From positions 682,001-746,000 of the forward strand of contig NC_043014.1 of assembly GCF_006345805.1 (NCBI RefSeq): a DNA stretch of 64,000 bases, given 5' to 3'. The notes beneath the pieces are model-generated. The model saw only the letters and a program-made list of their open reading frames with translations, searched no databases and was not told the origin of the DNA. Within the stretch, counting starts at the first letter, position 1. Each line of letters starts with the position of its first letter. The position numbers were made by a program, and so were the translations under genes. Shown one piece after another: positions 26,225 to 39,917 of this stretch. The stretch comes from Octopus sinensis (lineage: Eukaryota).

Positions 26225-26760
26225 ATGCTGATGCACCTCTAATATGTGGTATTTGGTGAAGAATGGAGTTTGATATAGCTACTCTCATTTGCACCTCTTG
26301 CTGTGAGGTAGGTTCATCTGGGACTCTCAACAGGAAGAGGTCCAGCCTTGATTTAAAATCACCTACATCTACTTTGTGCAGGTTCCTCAAGCTCTTTGGG
26401 AGAATATTAAAAAGCTGTGGGCCCTTGAAACCCAGGCTGTTGCAGTAACTGGTCCTGAAGCACAATGGCATTGCTGGGATCTTTGGCACTATGTTCTGGC
26501 ATTAGTGTAGCTTACAATGCCAAAATTTGGCACAATTCCTTCTAGGATCTTCCAGATGTATATTACTGCATACCTCCCCCACCTTTGCGTACGCACAGAC
26601 ACTAACCGAATATCCTGTCAATTGCTGGGTAATTTCCACGGAAGACTTTTGGAACAGTAGACCCACACAAGTTGGATTTTCTCTGTTTTGGTGCACATTT
26701 TTCAAATTTGTTTTTCATCACATTCTTGCAAATGATTGGGGGAAGCTTTTTACGAACAAA
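26225..26760 (-). mobile_element. CR1/L2-like LINE 3' end
   Basis: RYAVIYIWKILEGIVPNFG and GFKGPQLFNILPKSLRNL...FKSRLDLFL..VPDEP. Confidence 0.7.
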
Positions 26761-26786
26761 AGGCTTTGAAAATTTATGAATCCTAT

Positions 26787-26899
<113 letters not shown>

Positions 26900-28944
26900 G
26901 TATAGATAAACAGAGAGAAAATGAAATGAATGAATGATATTCTTTATTTAAAATCAATATTACTGTCTCAACACATTTTTTACACCTGTAGTACTATTGA
27001 TTGGTGAATGTTGTGTAATCAACAGGTATCCAATGTGTCAAATAGAATTCCTGAGGTGTATCCAGTACCAGGAGCAATTCAATTCCTGCTCACTGCCTTG
27101 TCCCACCCAAATATTGCCTGCCCCACCCGAAAGGATGTTCTTCCCCCCCACCTTGAGGCAAATACTCTGATGCAACAGCAGTAGCTTTGGGTTTTGAGGA
27201 GAGAAAGAGAGAGAGAGAAAGAGAGAGAGACAGAGAGAGAGAGAGACAGAGAGAGAGAGAGAGACAGAGAGAGACAGAGACAGAGAAAGAGAGTGATAAG
27301 ATAGGGAGGAAGAGAAGCTTTCTGTGTTTGGCCATTTACTGTGAACATCAGAAGTTAACTGCAGCTGATGAGACAGATTAATCTTTTAAGCCCTGATTAA
27401 ACAACTAATTAGGGGAAGACATAATGAGCAAGCAGTTGTGAAGAAAATGAACAACCATTGATTAATGTCTTGCAGAGGATTAAATGGTTTTGTTTGCATA
27501 TTTCAACATTGTTGAGTCTGTCGAACTCCACTGGAATGGAATGGAGGTCCAACGTATCCGGATGGGAGGGAAATAGTTTCTGATGCATCGCAAAAGGAAA
27601 GACAAACAAAATGGTGGATGTCGTCTGTAAAACGTTTCTGTAACTAAAACAGTTTTATATACTTTTGGATGAGATAATTGGAACTGAGCCTACCAAAGAA
27701 TTTTGGTAGGCTCCGATGCCAAACTAGTGAAAATCAGTTTGAACACTGAGCTCCTGCTTTGTACCGGGTGCCTGTTGAGGACTGAGTACCATCTGAGCCT
27801 TGGGAAAGAAAATCAAGAAAATTTCTAAGTCATTGAGAAATTGGTCATAGATTTGGATTGTCTCATTAATGGCTGCATTTTAATGAGGGAGAGGAGAACG
27901 GATGATTTAACCTATTTTAATTTATGCAAGAAAAGCATCATCACCTCTCCCCTAATCTGTCCCATCTGGAAAAAACAATCATCACACTCCCTTCCAACCC
28001 TCAATGAAAAACAAATCTAACGTTATATATTGTTATTGTGAAAGTTTAAAGAAAATAAACCGTATTATTATAATTATTATTGTGGTGGTGAGCTGGCAGA
28101 ATCTGTTGCAGTATTTCACCCATCTTTATGCTCCGAGTTCAAATTCCACCAAGGTTGACTTTGCCTTTCGTCCTTTTGCGGGGGTCGATAAACTGTGCAC
28201 CAGCCAAACACTAGGGTCCACATAATTGACTTAATCCTCTCTCCACCAAAATTTCAGGCTTTGTGCCTAAAGCAGGAATGGATTATAACTATCATCATCA
28301 TCATCATCAAGATGGCAAGACTAGCAGAATCGTTAGCACATCAGGCGAAATGCTTAATGGCATTTCATCAGGCTTTACAAACCGAGACCAACATTGTCTT
28401 TCATTCTTACAGAGAACTGGGATTGATGTAGATTAACTTGTCCCTCCCTCAAAAACTGCTGACCCTGCGTCAAAAATTTGAAATCATCATCATCATCCAA
28501 CCATTCCATGCAAAACAGCACCTTAGTCCCTCCAAATCTGTCATGTTCTCTCATATGGTTCAATAATTTTTGCAGAAGAATTAACAGAAAAGAGGTTAAC
28601 CCCTTGTTTAACCCCCATCTCTATTTTATAAGTACTACCTGAAGACCCCTGCCCCTCACAGTATAGCCAGTCTAAAAGAGTTGGGGGTGAGAGAGAAGAA
28701 ACAACCCCGATACTGGACTGGTTGATGTGTTTAGGACCCAGGAAAAACAAAAGACAAAGATAACCTTGGAAGAATTTGAACTCAAAACAAGGAAAGTTGG
28801 AACAATTACCACAACTAACTTGCCTGACTCTCAGACGGTTCTGGTGCCGACTGACCACCTTACAATGACCAATCACAATTCGTCAAACATGACCGTTACT
28901 TTCAACATAAGTTCACAGCCAGGCTAACTTGTTGCAGCTCTGCA

Positions 28945-29425
28945 TGTATGTATGTGTGTGTGTGTATGTATGCTTGTATGTATGTGTGTGTATGTTTGTA
29001 TGTGTGTGTGTGTGTGTATGTTTGTATGTGTGTGTGTGTATGTTTGTATGTGTGTGTGTGTGTGTGTATTTAGGCTTGGTAGGGCAAAGAGGAGAGAAAG
29101 AGAGAAGGCAATACATGAATAGACATACTTTATAATTTTTAATTTCCAGAAAGTTACAAAAGTCCTAAGCATGCCACTTACCAGAACTGGGTCAGTGCCA
29201 CACTCACTCCTTATTGCAAGTTTCTAATTTTAAGCAAGTTCAAAATAAGAAAAACATCACACATACACTATATATATATAAATATATATATATATGTGTG
29301 TGTATATATATACATTGGCTCTTAAGTGCAAGAAACTCGCAGACTCTCTTCTTGCTTCTGCTAAATATTAATAAAAATATATGTAGACTCATATTTTGAC
29401 TTCTATTTTTCCTGTTTGCACCATC

Positions 29426-29474
<49 letters not shown>

Positions 29475-30187
29475 TCTGTGTTTGTCCCCCTAGCATTGCT
29501 TGACAACCGATGCTGGTGTGTTTATGTCCCCGTTACTTAGCAGTTCGGCAAAAGAGTCCGATAGAATAAGTACTGGGCTTACAAAGAATAAGTCCTGGGG
29601 TCGAGTTGCTCAATTAAAGGCGGTGCTCCAGCATGGCCACAGTCAAATGACTGAACAAGTAAAAGATAAAAGATATATATATATATATTATATATATATA
29701 TATGTGTGTGTGTGTGTATGTATGCTTGTATGTATGTGTGTGTGTGTGTATGTTTGTATGTGTGGTGTGTGTGTATGTTTGTATGTGTGTGTGTGTATGT
29801 TTGTATGTGTGTGTGTGTGTGTGTATTTAGGCTTGGTAGGGCAAAGAGGAGAGAAAGAGAGAAGGCAATACATGAATAGACATACTTTATAATTTTTAAT
29901 TTCCAGAAAGTTACAAAAGTCCTAAGCATGCCACTTACCAGAACTGGGTCAGTGCCACACTCACTCCTTATTGCAAGTTTCTAATTTTAAGCAAGTTCAA
30001 AATAAGAAAAACATCACACATACACTATATATATATAAATATATATATATATGTGTGTGTATATATATACATTGGCTCTTAAGTGCAAGAAACTCGCAGA
30101 CTCTCTTCTTGCTTCTGCTAAATATTAATAAAAATATATGTAGACTCATATTTTGACTTCTATTTTTCCTGTTTGCACCATCATTAT

Positions 30188-30230
<43 letters not shown>

Positions 30231-30433
30231 GTGTCTGTGTTTGTCCCCCTAGCATTGCTTGACAACCGATGCTGGTGTGTTTATGTCCCCGTTACTTAGC
30301 AGTTCGGCAAAAGAGTCCGATAGAATAAGTACTGGGCTTACAAAAGAATAAGTCCTGGGGTCGAGTTGCTCAATTAAAGGCGGTGCTCCAGCATGGCCAC
30401 AGTCAAATGACTGAAACAAGTAAAAGATAAAAG

Positions 30434-30455
<22 letters not shown>
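28945..30455. repeat. Head-to-tail duplication, ~757-bp period
   Basis: Identical ORFs at 29214 and 29971; non-microsatellite sequence is identical apart from about one indel. Confidence 0.9.
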
Positions 30456-30501
<46 letters not shown>

Positions 30502-30514
30502 TCATCGTTTAACG

Positions 30515-30573
<59 letters not shown>

Positions 30574-32884
30574 GTATGTCGCCCTCATCATCACGTGATA
30601 ATTGATGAGGGTGTGTTTATGTCCCCAAAACCTGGCGGTTCGGCGTAAGAGACCGATAGAATAAATACTAGACTTACAAAGAATAAGTCTTGGGGGAAAT
30701 TTGTTTGACTAAAGGTGGTGCTCCAGCATGGCTGCAGTGAAATGACTGAAACAAGTAAAGGAATATATCTACATAGAAACATTGACACTGGTCAAAGAGA
30801 TGGACCCTTAAGAAGCTGCACAGAGAATCGTGCCAGGTTGCATCTGCACATGCATATAATTTGTGCAGTGGAAACGTGTGTCGGTCATGAAGACCATAAA
30901 AAATATGCTGTATAAAAACTGTAAAATAAGAGGAAATCAATTTTGACAACAAACAATTCTCCATATTCTATGTCGTTATAATTATTGTCAAATTATATTT
31001 ACACAAATGTACGAGGGGCTTTTTTCATTTTGCATCATCCAAATCCACTTCCAAAGCTTTGGTCAATCCAGCCCCATAGCAGAAGATGCTTACCCAAGGT
31101 ACCATTCAGCAAGACTGAACCTGTGTAGCCATATGTGTGTGTGTGTATAGTTTAATACCAGTTATACTAACGGATGATTGCTATGACTCAGATTTTCATG
31201 TGAGACCAACATTTTCATAACCATCAGATGGGCGTACGATAAATCTAAGTAAAACTCTGCAACAAAAATAGGAGCAGGGCTCTCTTAACAGTTTTCTAGG
31301 TCCCAAGATAAACCAATGCCCTGATTTCCTTAAATTTCTTTATTGACAGCAACCACAGCATATAGAAATTACCAGTGGTCCCCTAAACTTGGGGAGCTTC
31401 CTAGGCAACTGTTTGGTCTGTTCATACCTTAAGATAGTACAGCATATTGCCCTGACAGCTTATATCTCAATCTGACATGATGTGGAGAGGTTGTAAAGCA
31501 GCACTTGAAGCTGGCATACTGAGATCAAATGACAGCAGGACGTAGAAAAGGTTGGAAATACAAACCATACATACAAGCACCCCCAGATGATATAAAAAGA
31601 AAATGGAGGCACTGGACAGAAAGACAGGGATGTCCTGGAGCTGGTTGTTGTTGTTGGTTGGTTTAGTATTGGACATTTGTTTTGTTTTGTTTTCTTTTTC
31701 AAATCAGTTAAACATCTGTTCCAGGTCTGTCTCATCTCTCTCTCACACACAGACACAGTGTCATGTAAAGATATGACATTTATTTTATAAATCTGATATT
31801 GAAGTTTACTTTTGTCACAATTGTCAACAACATCTGTTTTCTGACTTCACAGGGGTTGGGTGGGGGGAAGTTGTGGGAGGGAGAGACGAAACAGAAAGAT
31901 AGAGAGGGAGAGGGAGAGAGAGATGGGGAGGGAGGGAGGGAGAGATAGACAGAGAGATAGAGAAATAAATATGAAGACAGAGTTAGATAGAGAGACAGAC
32001 AGACAGACAGACAGACGTATTGTTGATTTGTAAAGTAAGGATCAGGTGTTTATGGAATGGCAATAATTCAGAGATGGCATTTACTGCAGGAATGCAAGAC
32101 TTGCAGGAATCACACGTGTGTGTGTGTGTGTGTTTATATCAATACAGTAATGAAAGCAAATACCAAAAACAGATTTTCCTAGAAATATTTTGACAAAAGA
32201 TGTCTGGTTAGAGACTATGTTGCTTCAATATCTGCTGCGTATTCTCTAATACATGGAGTCAAAAAGTATCTGACCTTGGTTTTTTTAGCACAAAATCCGC
32301 ATGAGTATCAGGTGGCTGCATCCTTCCTGTGCATGCACAAAAATTATTGTCTGTAGGTTGCACCCTTTGCCCACAGTCAGTGCAGACGTGAAGAGTGTGC
32401 TCTACAATTTTTCTTTTGGAGTCAAGATGACTGAGTCCAATGACTATCAAATTCTTCTCCAAAACTTGGTGATACACAAACCCCGACTATCGAGGAGATG
32501 CAGAAGGCCTCTGGAGATGATGCTGTAGGGAAAAACACAAATAAAAGAGAGGTACAACCGGCTCAAAGATGGCTGCACCTCAGTGGACAGAGAGCTGTGT
32601 TGTGGCTGGACAATTGACCAGCAGAAAAGGATGAAATGATTGCAAAAGTTCAAGGAATTGTCTGTGAGCAGCAAAGAACTGGAGACTCCATGACAACGCA
32701 CCCACTTATTCCGTCCATGCCATCCAAGCCTTCCTTATCAGGCAAAACATACTTGTTCATCAGGCTTCCTACTCTCCAGATTTGGCTCCGTGTAACTTTT
32801 GGCCATCGTCAAAGCTCAATGAAAGGCTCAAAAAGAGAAGAGTTGAGTCAAGAGAGGACATTAGGCAAAATTGAATGGCACGAC

Positions 32885-33245
32885 TCTACAGCATTCCAAA
32901 AAGGGATTTCCAGACATGCTTCCAGCGGCGGAAGGAACACTGGCAGAAGAGTGTAGATGCCCAAGGCGAATACTTTGAAGGAAACTAAGTCAAAATGGTT
33001 TAGTATTTTAATATTACTTGTTTTTTGGGCCAAAGGTTGGATACATTTTGACTACACCTCACATAAATATATATATATATTTATGAAGTCTGATCAATAA
33101 ATATCTGGACTGTTGTCATAGTAACGAAGCTAAAACACACAGAGTGAAGCCGCTTGGCAAAACTTGACCCTAACCCTCTGCTGTGCATGTGCACTAAGTT
33201 TTAACATTCTAGCTCACTTCCATTACTCTTTCAAGAGGCATTTGC
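32885..33245 (+). mobile_element. mariner 3' end (32885-32985) followed by a mariner 5' TIR region (33080-33245)
   Basis: IPKRDFQTCFQRRKEHWQKSVDAQGEYFEG; TATGAAGTCTGATCAATAAATATCTGGACT is TIR-like. Confidence 0.65.
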
Positions 33246-33726
33246 ACTCACTCACACAATAGAATCATGGAAGTCAGTGGTGACTTTGGCAAAAGTAGAC
33301 ACATAGGTATGGTAGCCATCCTAGTTTGAACAACAACAATAACAATAATAATAATAATAATATTAATAATAACAATATTATATAACTAGAGTGTGACCTG
33401 TCGTATGACAACAGATAACTTTGAAGTCTATTTTTGCCACCCTCGGGTAATATGAGGGTATGTGATTGTATATACAACGATTATAATCCAGCTTTTATCA
33501 AATTTCTTGGTTTTTATATAAAACAAAGAAATGGAGAATAATTTCAAAAAAGAAACATTTATTACTTTAAAATAATTTAACTAGAATTACGTGTTTGTAT
33601 AATCACTCTCATAATTACACTCTCATTTACTCCTCTCTCTCCCTCATTCATTCTCTCCAAATGTGTGTGTGTGTGTGTGTGTAACTGCTTTCACAACATA
33701 CCAGCAGAATCTAGTCTATCTTTCAG

Positions 33727-33757
<31 letters not shown>

Positions 33758-34106
33758 ATATTTCACAATACACAGACAAATAAAATAAAGATATTCAACT
33801 TCAATTTTGTTTTCTCTCTTTTCCCATTGTTATTCCACTTCAAAACAAGAGTGTTGCGGGGGGGGGGGGGGCATTTTAAAAAACAGAATGACAAATATAT
33901 TTATTAATAATGTCAGGTGACAAGACTCTTTCTTTATGGCTAAAAACAAACAAGGCAAGCCAGTCTGGCCTCCCACCTACAAATGTGTTTTGGTTTTATA
34001 TCCTGTATGATGCTTCTACTAATTGTTTTAAGGGTCTATGTAGTTGTGGGGTTGAGATCTCCTACTTTGTGACCCAGAGGCACATCCGAGATGGGACAAC
34101 AGGAAG

Positions 34107-34188
<82 letters not shown>

Positions 34189-34431
34189 TCTCAGTCTTTG
34201 ATTGATTGTTATTTGCAGCTGAATAGACAGTAGCAACATGAAATAATGAAGTGCCTTGCTCAAGGACCCAAGGCAGTGCTTGACTCTGGAATTGAACTTA
34301 GATCTTTATGGTTTGAGCTGAGCACTTTAACATATCATAACACAATGTTAATACAGCTCTGGGAATCTTAGGGAGGAGAGAATCACAGGGCTAACACACA
34401 CACAGTAATAATAATAATAATAATAATCATC

Positions 34432-34685
34432 ATCGTTTAATGTCCGCTTTCCATTCTAGCATGGGTTGGACAATTTGACTGAGGACAAGCAAGCCAGAAG
34501 GCTGCACCAGGTTCGAATCTTGATCTGGCAGAGTTTCTACAGCTGGATGCCCTTCCTAATGCCAACCACTCCGAGAGGGTAGTGGGTGCTTTTCCGTTCC
34601 ACTGGCACAAGGGCCAGTCTGGTGGTACTGGCAACGACCTCACTCGAATGTTTTTTCACATGCCACTGGCACAAGTGCCAGTAAA
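34432..34685 (-). mobile_element. SINE A copy
   Basis: Family core and tail. Confidence 0.8.
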
Positions 34686-36392
34686 GGAAAAGAATATTGT
34701 GTTTGTTATAAACGGGGCTGAGGTGCTCTCTGACTCAGAATAAGTTAAAATAAGGGACAGGGAACAAAGATAGAAGTCAAGTTAAAGAAAGAGAGCAGTG
34801 GCAGCCAGAAGTCTATGGGCAGCACACAATAAAAGACAAACTGGCCGTTTCAGACTTGCTTTAAGGTCAAACAGGCCAGATCCAGCCTCTCACACCTACC
34901 CTACAATGTCATTCGAATTATAAACCATCACATCATTGAAATATCAAAGCTATGAAACGATGCATGATTAATTCAAAAAAATTGTGAATAAATAAGAATT
35001 ACATATGGGAGAGTAAGTCTGGATTCTAAAGGGTTAAATGAGTGAAAGGGGAAACGGGGCAACAGGGATGTCAGGAGCAGTTTTGGGGGAATTTCAGCAT
35101 GGAAGTTTTGAAGGATGCAGTGTCCTGACAGTTAACAACTGGGTAGTGTGCCTTTTTCTTTATTTTTCTTATTTTCTTATTTCATAATCGTGTCCATGAA
35201 TGATGGAGATGTTGAGTCTAAAATGGTGGCCAAACTTGTTGTTGGAACGATGGAGGATAATTCTGTGGCTGCTCTCACTTATTTCTCTTTGCTTCCTTTT
35301 TGCACCCAGTTTTCTTTGTCGTGAAATGGAACCCAACTGAATTGGGAAGAAATATTTCAGAGACACACAAGAAATATTAGCTGGGAAACAGTGGGAAGCC
35401 TGATGACTCTGAAAGGAAGAAACTTGCTGCAACAGTCAGACATGCACACGCACACACACACTCACACACACGCACATGTGTGGCAGAAGAGATGACAAAA
35501 ATCAAGTAAAGTTTATCTCACTGTGTTTCGTGAGTCATTGTAATAAAGGAAAGTGCCACAGTTTGCGAAATGAGTGGCTGTGTTGGTAAAAGACACGACT
35601 GGCGAAAGTAAGATTAAATGTGAGTGATGAGGAGAGGTGGGCCCTGGTGTCTCAAACAGGGATCGTCTTTGACAAAACAAGAATGTGTTGGGAGGTTGTT
35701 ATGGAATGAGACTTCTGTGAGTCATAAATGGCCATTAAATTCCATAGAAATGTTATCAGTTGATGAAGTATATTTAGAAGCAGCAAGAACTAACCATTAT
35801 TACAAAGCTTCTTCAAATAATTGTTGCCTGACAAAGATAACGCTATCATTAGCGTTGCTTTTCCATTTTGAAATTTGTTTTGCATAATTTTAGTATTTAA
35901 CAATGATTTCCAAGGAACTTGGTTACAATTCTTCTTCAGTTCTTTGAGACTATCAAACGCTGACTTACTCCATGTCCTACATGCACAAACTGATAACCAG
36001 ACATCTCTTGCCAGACGAAGCTGGTTGGAGCCAATCGTGTCACACACACAATTCATTGTCCAATTAAATAATAATGGTTTAGTATTCGACACATGATTTC
36101 CTTGTTGCCTTTCACCCCCCCCCCCCAACCACCCCCACCGCCGCCGCCAACACCACCACCACCGCCGCCGCCACCAATATATATTAACACCCTCGGTTGT
36201 AAGTGGAAGTCCAAATTATATTAAATTGCTTTGTTTTTCTTTTTCTTGCTCCAAACAAGCAGGAAAATGTCAATCAATTAAGAGTGTTGCACCCATCAGC
36301 CCAGTATGTCACCCTCTTCTTCATACCATTGGCCAACTTGAGTTATTTCCCTTGACTTATTTTATCATTTAAAAAAAAATATATGTTAAATA

Positions 36393-36779
36393 TCTCTCTC
36401 TATATAAACGGCAGTTTGTCTGTGCGTGTTTCTGTGTGTCTGTTTTCTCGTACCCTCACCCTGACCACGGCTTTCAACCGATTCTGATGAAACTTGACAC
36501 ACACATAGCCCAATGTCATAATTCAAAACTAACGCAGCGAAAATTTTGAAAAGTTCCCCCAGTTCTGAAAAAAATCGATAAATTCGAGATGGGGTCGAGA
36601 ATCAGAAACCCAAACCACAGACCGTCTAGGGGACGCAACTCCACCTTTTTTAACTCTCAAAAAAAAATTTACCATCATTTTTTTTCCATTTTTTTGCTAT
36701 TTTTTGGCTGTAACTCTCTAAAAATGCTTTATAGTTATTTCCCTTACAAACCTGAGCAACGCCGGGCGATACTGCTAGT
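36393..36779 (+). mobile_element. Non-autonomous Helitron-like element
   Basis: 5' A|TC start, 3' subterminal GC-rich motif CCTGAGCAACGCCGGG then CTAG|T. Confidence 0.6.
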
Positions 36780-37408
36780 AGTGTAATATAAGCAGAAAGA
36801 TTTCTACTTTTCAAATCATAGAGTATTAGTGTCAGGAGTGTGTGTGAGTGCTCTTGTATGTGTGTGTGAGTGTGTATCATCTATCATGCTGGCATGAGTT
36901 GAATGTGTGTGTGTGTGGAGGGGGGGGCTATGTAAGTAAATAATTCCATTGTCACAGTGTTCAAAACATGATTAACACCTATTGCCCACCCTACAATGAA
37001 GGATGATGCTGATGTTTTAAACTTGACATCCAAATACTAAAGAATTCAACAAATATAAACTAAGAGAAATAAGAGTGACCAGTGTCAGGTATTTGAACAA
37101 AGAAGTTAAATAAAGGTATATCAAATGCCGTACAATAAGAATTCTTAATTTATTGCAAGAGTAGGACAATCAGTTGGAGGTAAATGCTTCTGATTCCAAA
37201 TGAGACAGGTGGATAGTTTTGAGACTGAAGACTTCTCCAGAACAGATATGACATTGAGGTGAAAGACAGTCTCTGATTGTTTGAAAACAAAAGGACATTT
37301 GTGTACCTACGTTTCTACCTCAGTAAGTGTCACCAGAACAGCAGTTGTCTTACCTTATTTCCAGCTGATATTCACACACACAACATACATATATATATAA
37401 TTTTATAT

Positions 37409-37466
37409 TTAGATTTAGGATTAAATCCAATTTTATAGTATAAATTGGATTTAATCCTAAATCTAA
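37409..37466. repeat. Perfect 25-bp-arm palindrome (8-nt spacer)
   Basis: TTAGATTTAGGATTAAATCCAATTT-tatagtat-AAATTGGATTTAATCCTAAATCTAA. Confidence 0.9.
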
Positions 37467-37498
37467 TTTTTCCCTGTAAGTTTGGATTTATTCCCTAA

Positions 37499-37537
<39 letters not shown>

Positions 37538-37910
37538 TATATATAGTGTAAAATCATGTTTGAATGAGTTGAGAAAGTATATGTTGTGCTGTGTAGATGA
37601 ATAAACCAGTGGGTACGCATAAATAGAGATGTGTAATCTAAACTTGTTTTATAGCAATGATTATAAACAGAAACGATCTTTGCCTTTCATATTCTGACAA
37701 TAAAATAAACAAATCCTTGCTTTTCACACCATTGAGATACTGAACAAAAATTACTGAACCTTGTGGAGGAAAAATAGTGTTTGATAGCTAGGAATTTACA
37801 GAAAGGGACCCAGAAATTGAAGCGAACAAACGACACATGGGAGAGCAGAGGATTATGAGGCATCAGCAAATTGTCTTTTCCCTGCTGCTGAGGAATGGAG
37901 TGTGTATGTA

Positions 37911-38667
37911 GAGGGTGTGGGGAATAAACTGTCATCTAAATTACACAAATATGAAAATAACACTGACATCTCATTTTGACTAAAGATTAAATTCATTCAA
38001 TAAAATCGCCATTGGCTTCAAGCACGGCCTCCAAACGACATCAAAATCTCCTGTAACTCTTCTGGACGATCTCCTTGTGTAAGTTGGTCAATGCTGCCAT
38101 AATCCTTGCCTTCAGTTCATCTTTGGTTTTGTTGGTCTCTTGCTCAACTGCGCCCCACAAATAATAATCAAGGGAGTTGCAGTCTGGGGAGTTAAGTGGC
38201 CAGATATTAGTGGTGATGTGATTGCAGGAATTCTCTGACAGCCATGACTGTGTTCTCCTACATGTGTAGCATGGTCAGAGTCCTGTTATCAGACACAGGG
38301 TTTTCCAGCTGCCACCCTCTTAATCCAGAATAACACTACATCCTCCGGGCACTTGATGTAGGCCTCCATGTTGAGCCTGAGGCCATGTGGGAAGATGAAT
38401 GGAGGCACAATGTTGCTATCATTAGTGATCGCTCCAAACACCATTATGTTGGCTGGATGTTTGATTTTTATCACTCTCAGTACATGTCCTCAGATGGACA
38501 CCCAAACACTATAAATCTCTAGCAGAGTGAATTGCGTCATGGTGCTGTTTTACTCAAAGACAGTGCCCAACTGACCCTACTCAACTGTGTAGTCGACAAA
38601 ATCAAAAATAATGTGCATGCACGAAATTAAAAATATAAAATGGTGACAAATTACCCATCGCACCCTG
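37911..38667 (-). mobile_element. Internally deleted maT/DD37D element with both TIRs
   Basis: Homologous to 14640-15925 (IKHPANIMVFGAITNDS..PPFIFPHGLRLN.EAYIKC); TIRs GAGGGTGTGGGGAATAAACTG and CAAATTACCCATCGCACCCTG. Confidence 0.85.
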
Positions 38668-39917
38668 TCTGTGTGTTTCTTTATAATCACAATCTGTGTC
38701 GCTTGAAATGTATTTGTATAAAATTTCATTAAAAGATGTTCATTTTCCTGAAAGTCATGAGGGAAAAAATCGGATCGTGGGAATTTTCCGAAAGTCCTTC
38801 TACACCACCCCCACCCCCGGTTTGTTTGCGCAAATTTTGGTTTTCAGATTTGTTTACTACACACATCCCCCCCACCTATTACACTTTTTTTTCTTTTGTT
38901 TTGGTGGCCGGGTGTTAAACTATTTATCAACTCACCAGACCCCCCCCCCACGCCCCATTGATTTTGTTTCTTTCCTGACTTCCAGAAAAATGGATATTTT
39001 CATATAAAATGTTCTACAAATTCGCTTCAGATCGTGTAAATTTTGGTTAGATCAGGATTTGTTGTGAAAGCAAATTTTCCCGAGGAGTGGCGAGAAGAGT
39101 TTCGGAAAATTCACAAAACTTTGCTTTGTTTCCTTATAACTTCCAGAAAAACGGGGAATTTTTGATGAAACTTTCTACGAACCCCTTTCAGTGGGTCTAA
39201 ATTACGATTATTATATCAGAATTTAATATGAAAAAAGAAAAAGAAAAACATGGTGGGCTCGCATACATACTGACACACATCACTTGTATAATTACATTCA
39301 TTTACTAATTGCATATTTATTATTATTTATTTAATTATTTCTGTTTTTGATTCCTTCATTATCATTTTTTGCTGTTTTACAGAAATGGTATACAAATGGT
39401 TTTTGTTCTTCCATAATTAAACTAATGTATTCTTTACACCCACGTTTTCTCTTTTATTGATAAATACACCGAATTCTTCCTAATCAGAATTATTTCATAC
39501 ACACAACAAAAGACTCTACTACGCAATCGCTCGACCTGTTATAAAAAGCAGCCAAATCTCCCTCAAATCCACCCCATCCCAGTCCAGTGGTTGTCTTTAT
39601 ACAAAAGCCCAAACTAAAATATCGGTTTCAAATTTTGGCACAAGACCAGCACCTTGGGGTCGGGGCAGGGTAAGTCGATTACATCGACCCCAAGTGCTCA
39701 ACTGATACTCTCTTTATGGACCCCGAAAGGATGAAAGGCAAAGTCGACTTCAGCGTAATTTGAACTTAGAACCTAAAGAGGGACGAAATACCGCGAAATG
39801 ACGATCTTGCCCAGCACGCTAACGATTCCGCCAAATATTTTAGACCAAACTAAAATATTTCTGTTACATTTCACACAAAAAATAAAACAAGACAAACTTT
39901 ATCACTATATATATATA

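Noticed and set aside
31480-32470. Possible R4/Dong-type LINE remnants (EMEALDRKT; VEHTLHVC)
   Set aside because: Too short and degenerate to call.
35969-35989. 21-nt phase 1-1 exon candidate (CACRTW)
   Set aside because: The donor is good but the polypyrimidine tract is weak; chance occurrence in a 19-kb intron is likely.
37354-37364. 11-nt exon candidate CTGGAAATAAG (strong donor)
   Set aside because: It shifts phase 1 to 0 and breaks the link to the 45-nt exon unless another unproven exon is invoked; the acceptor is mediocre.
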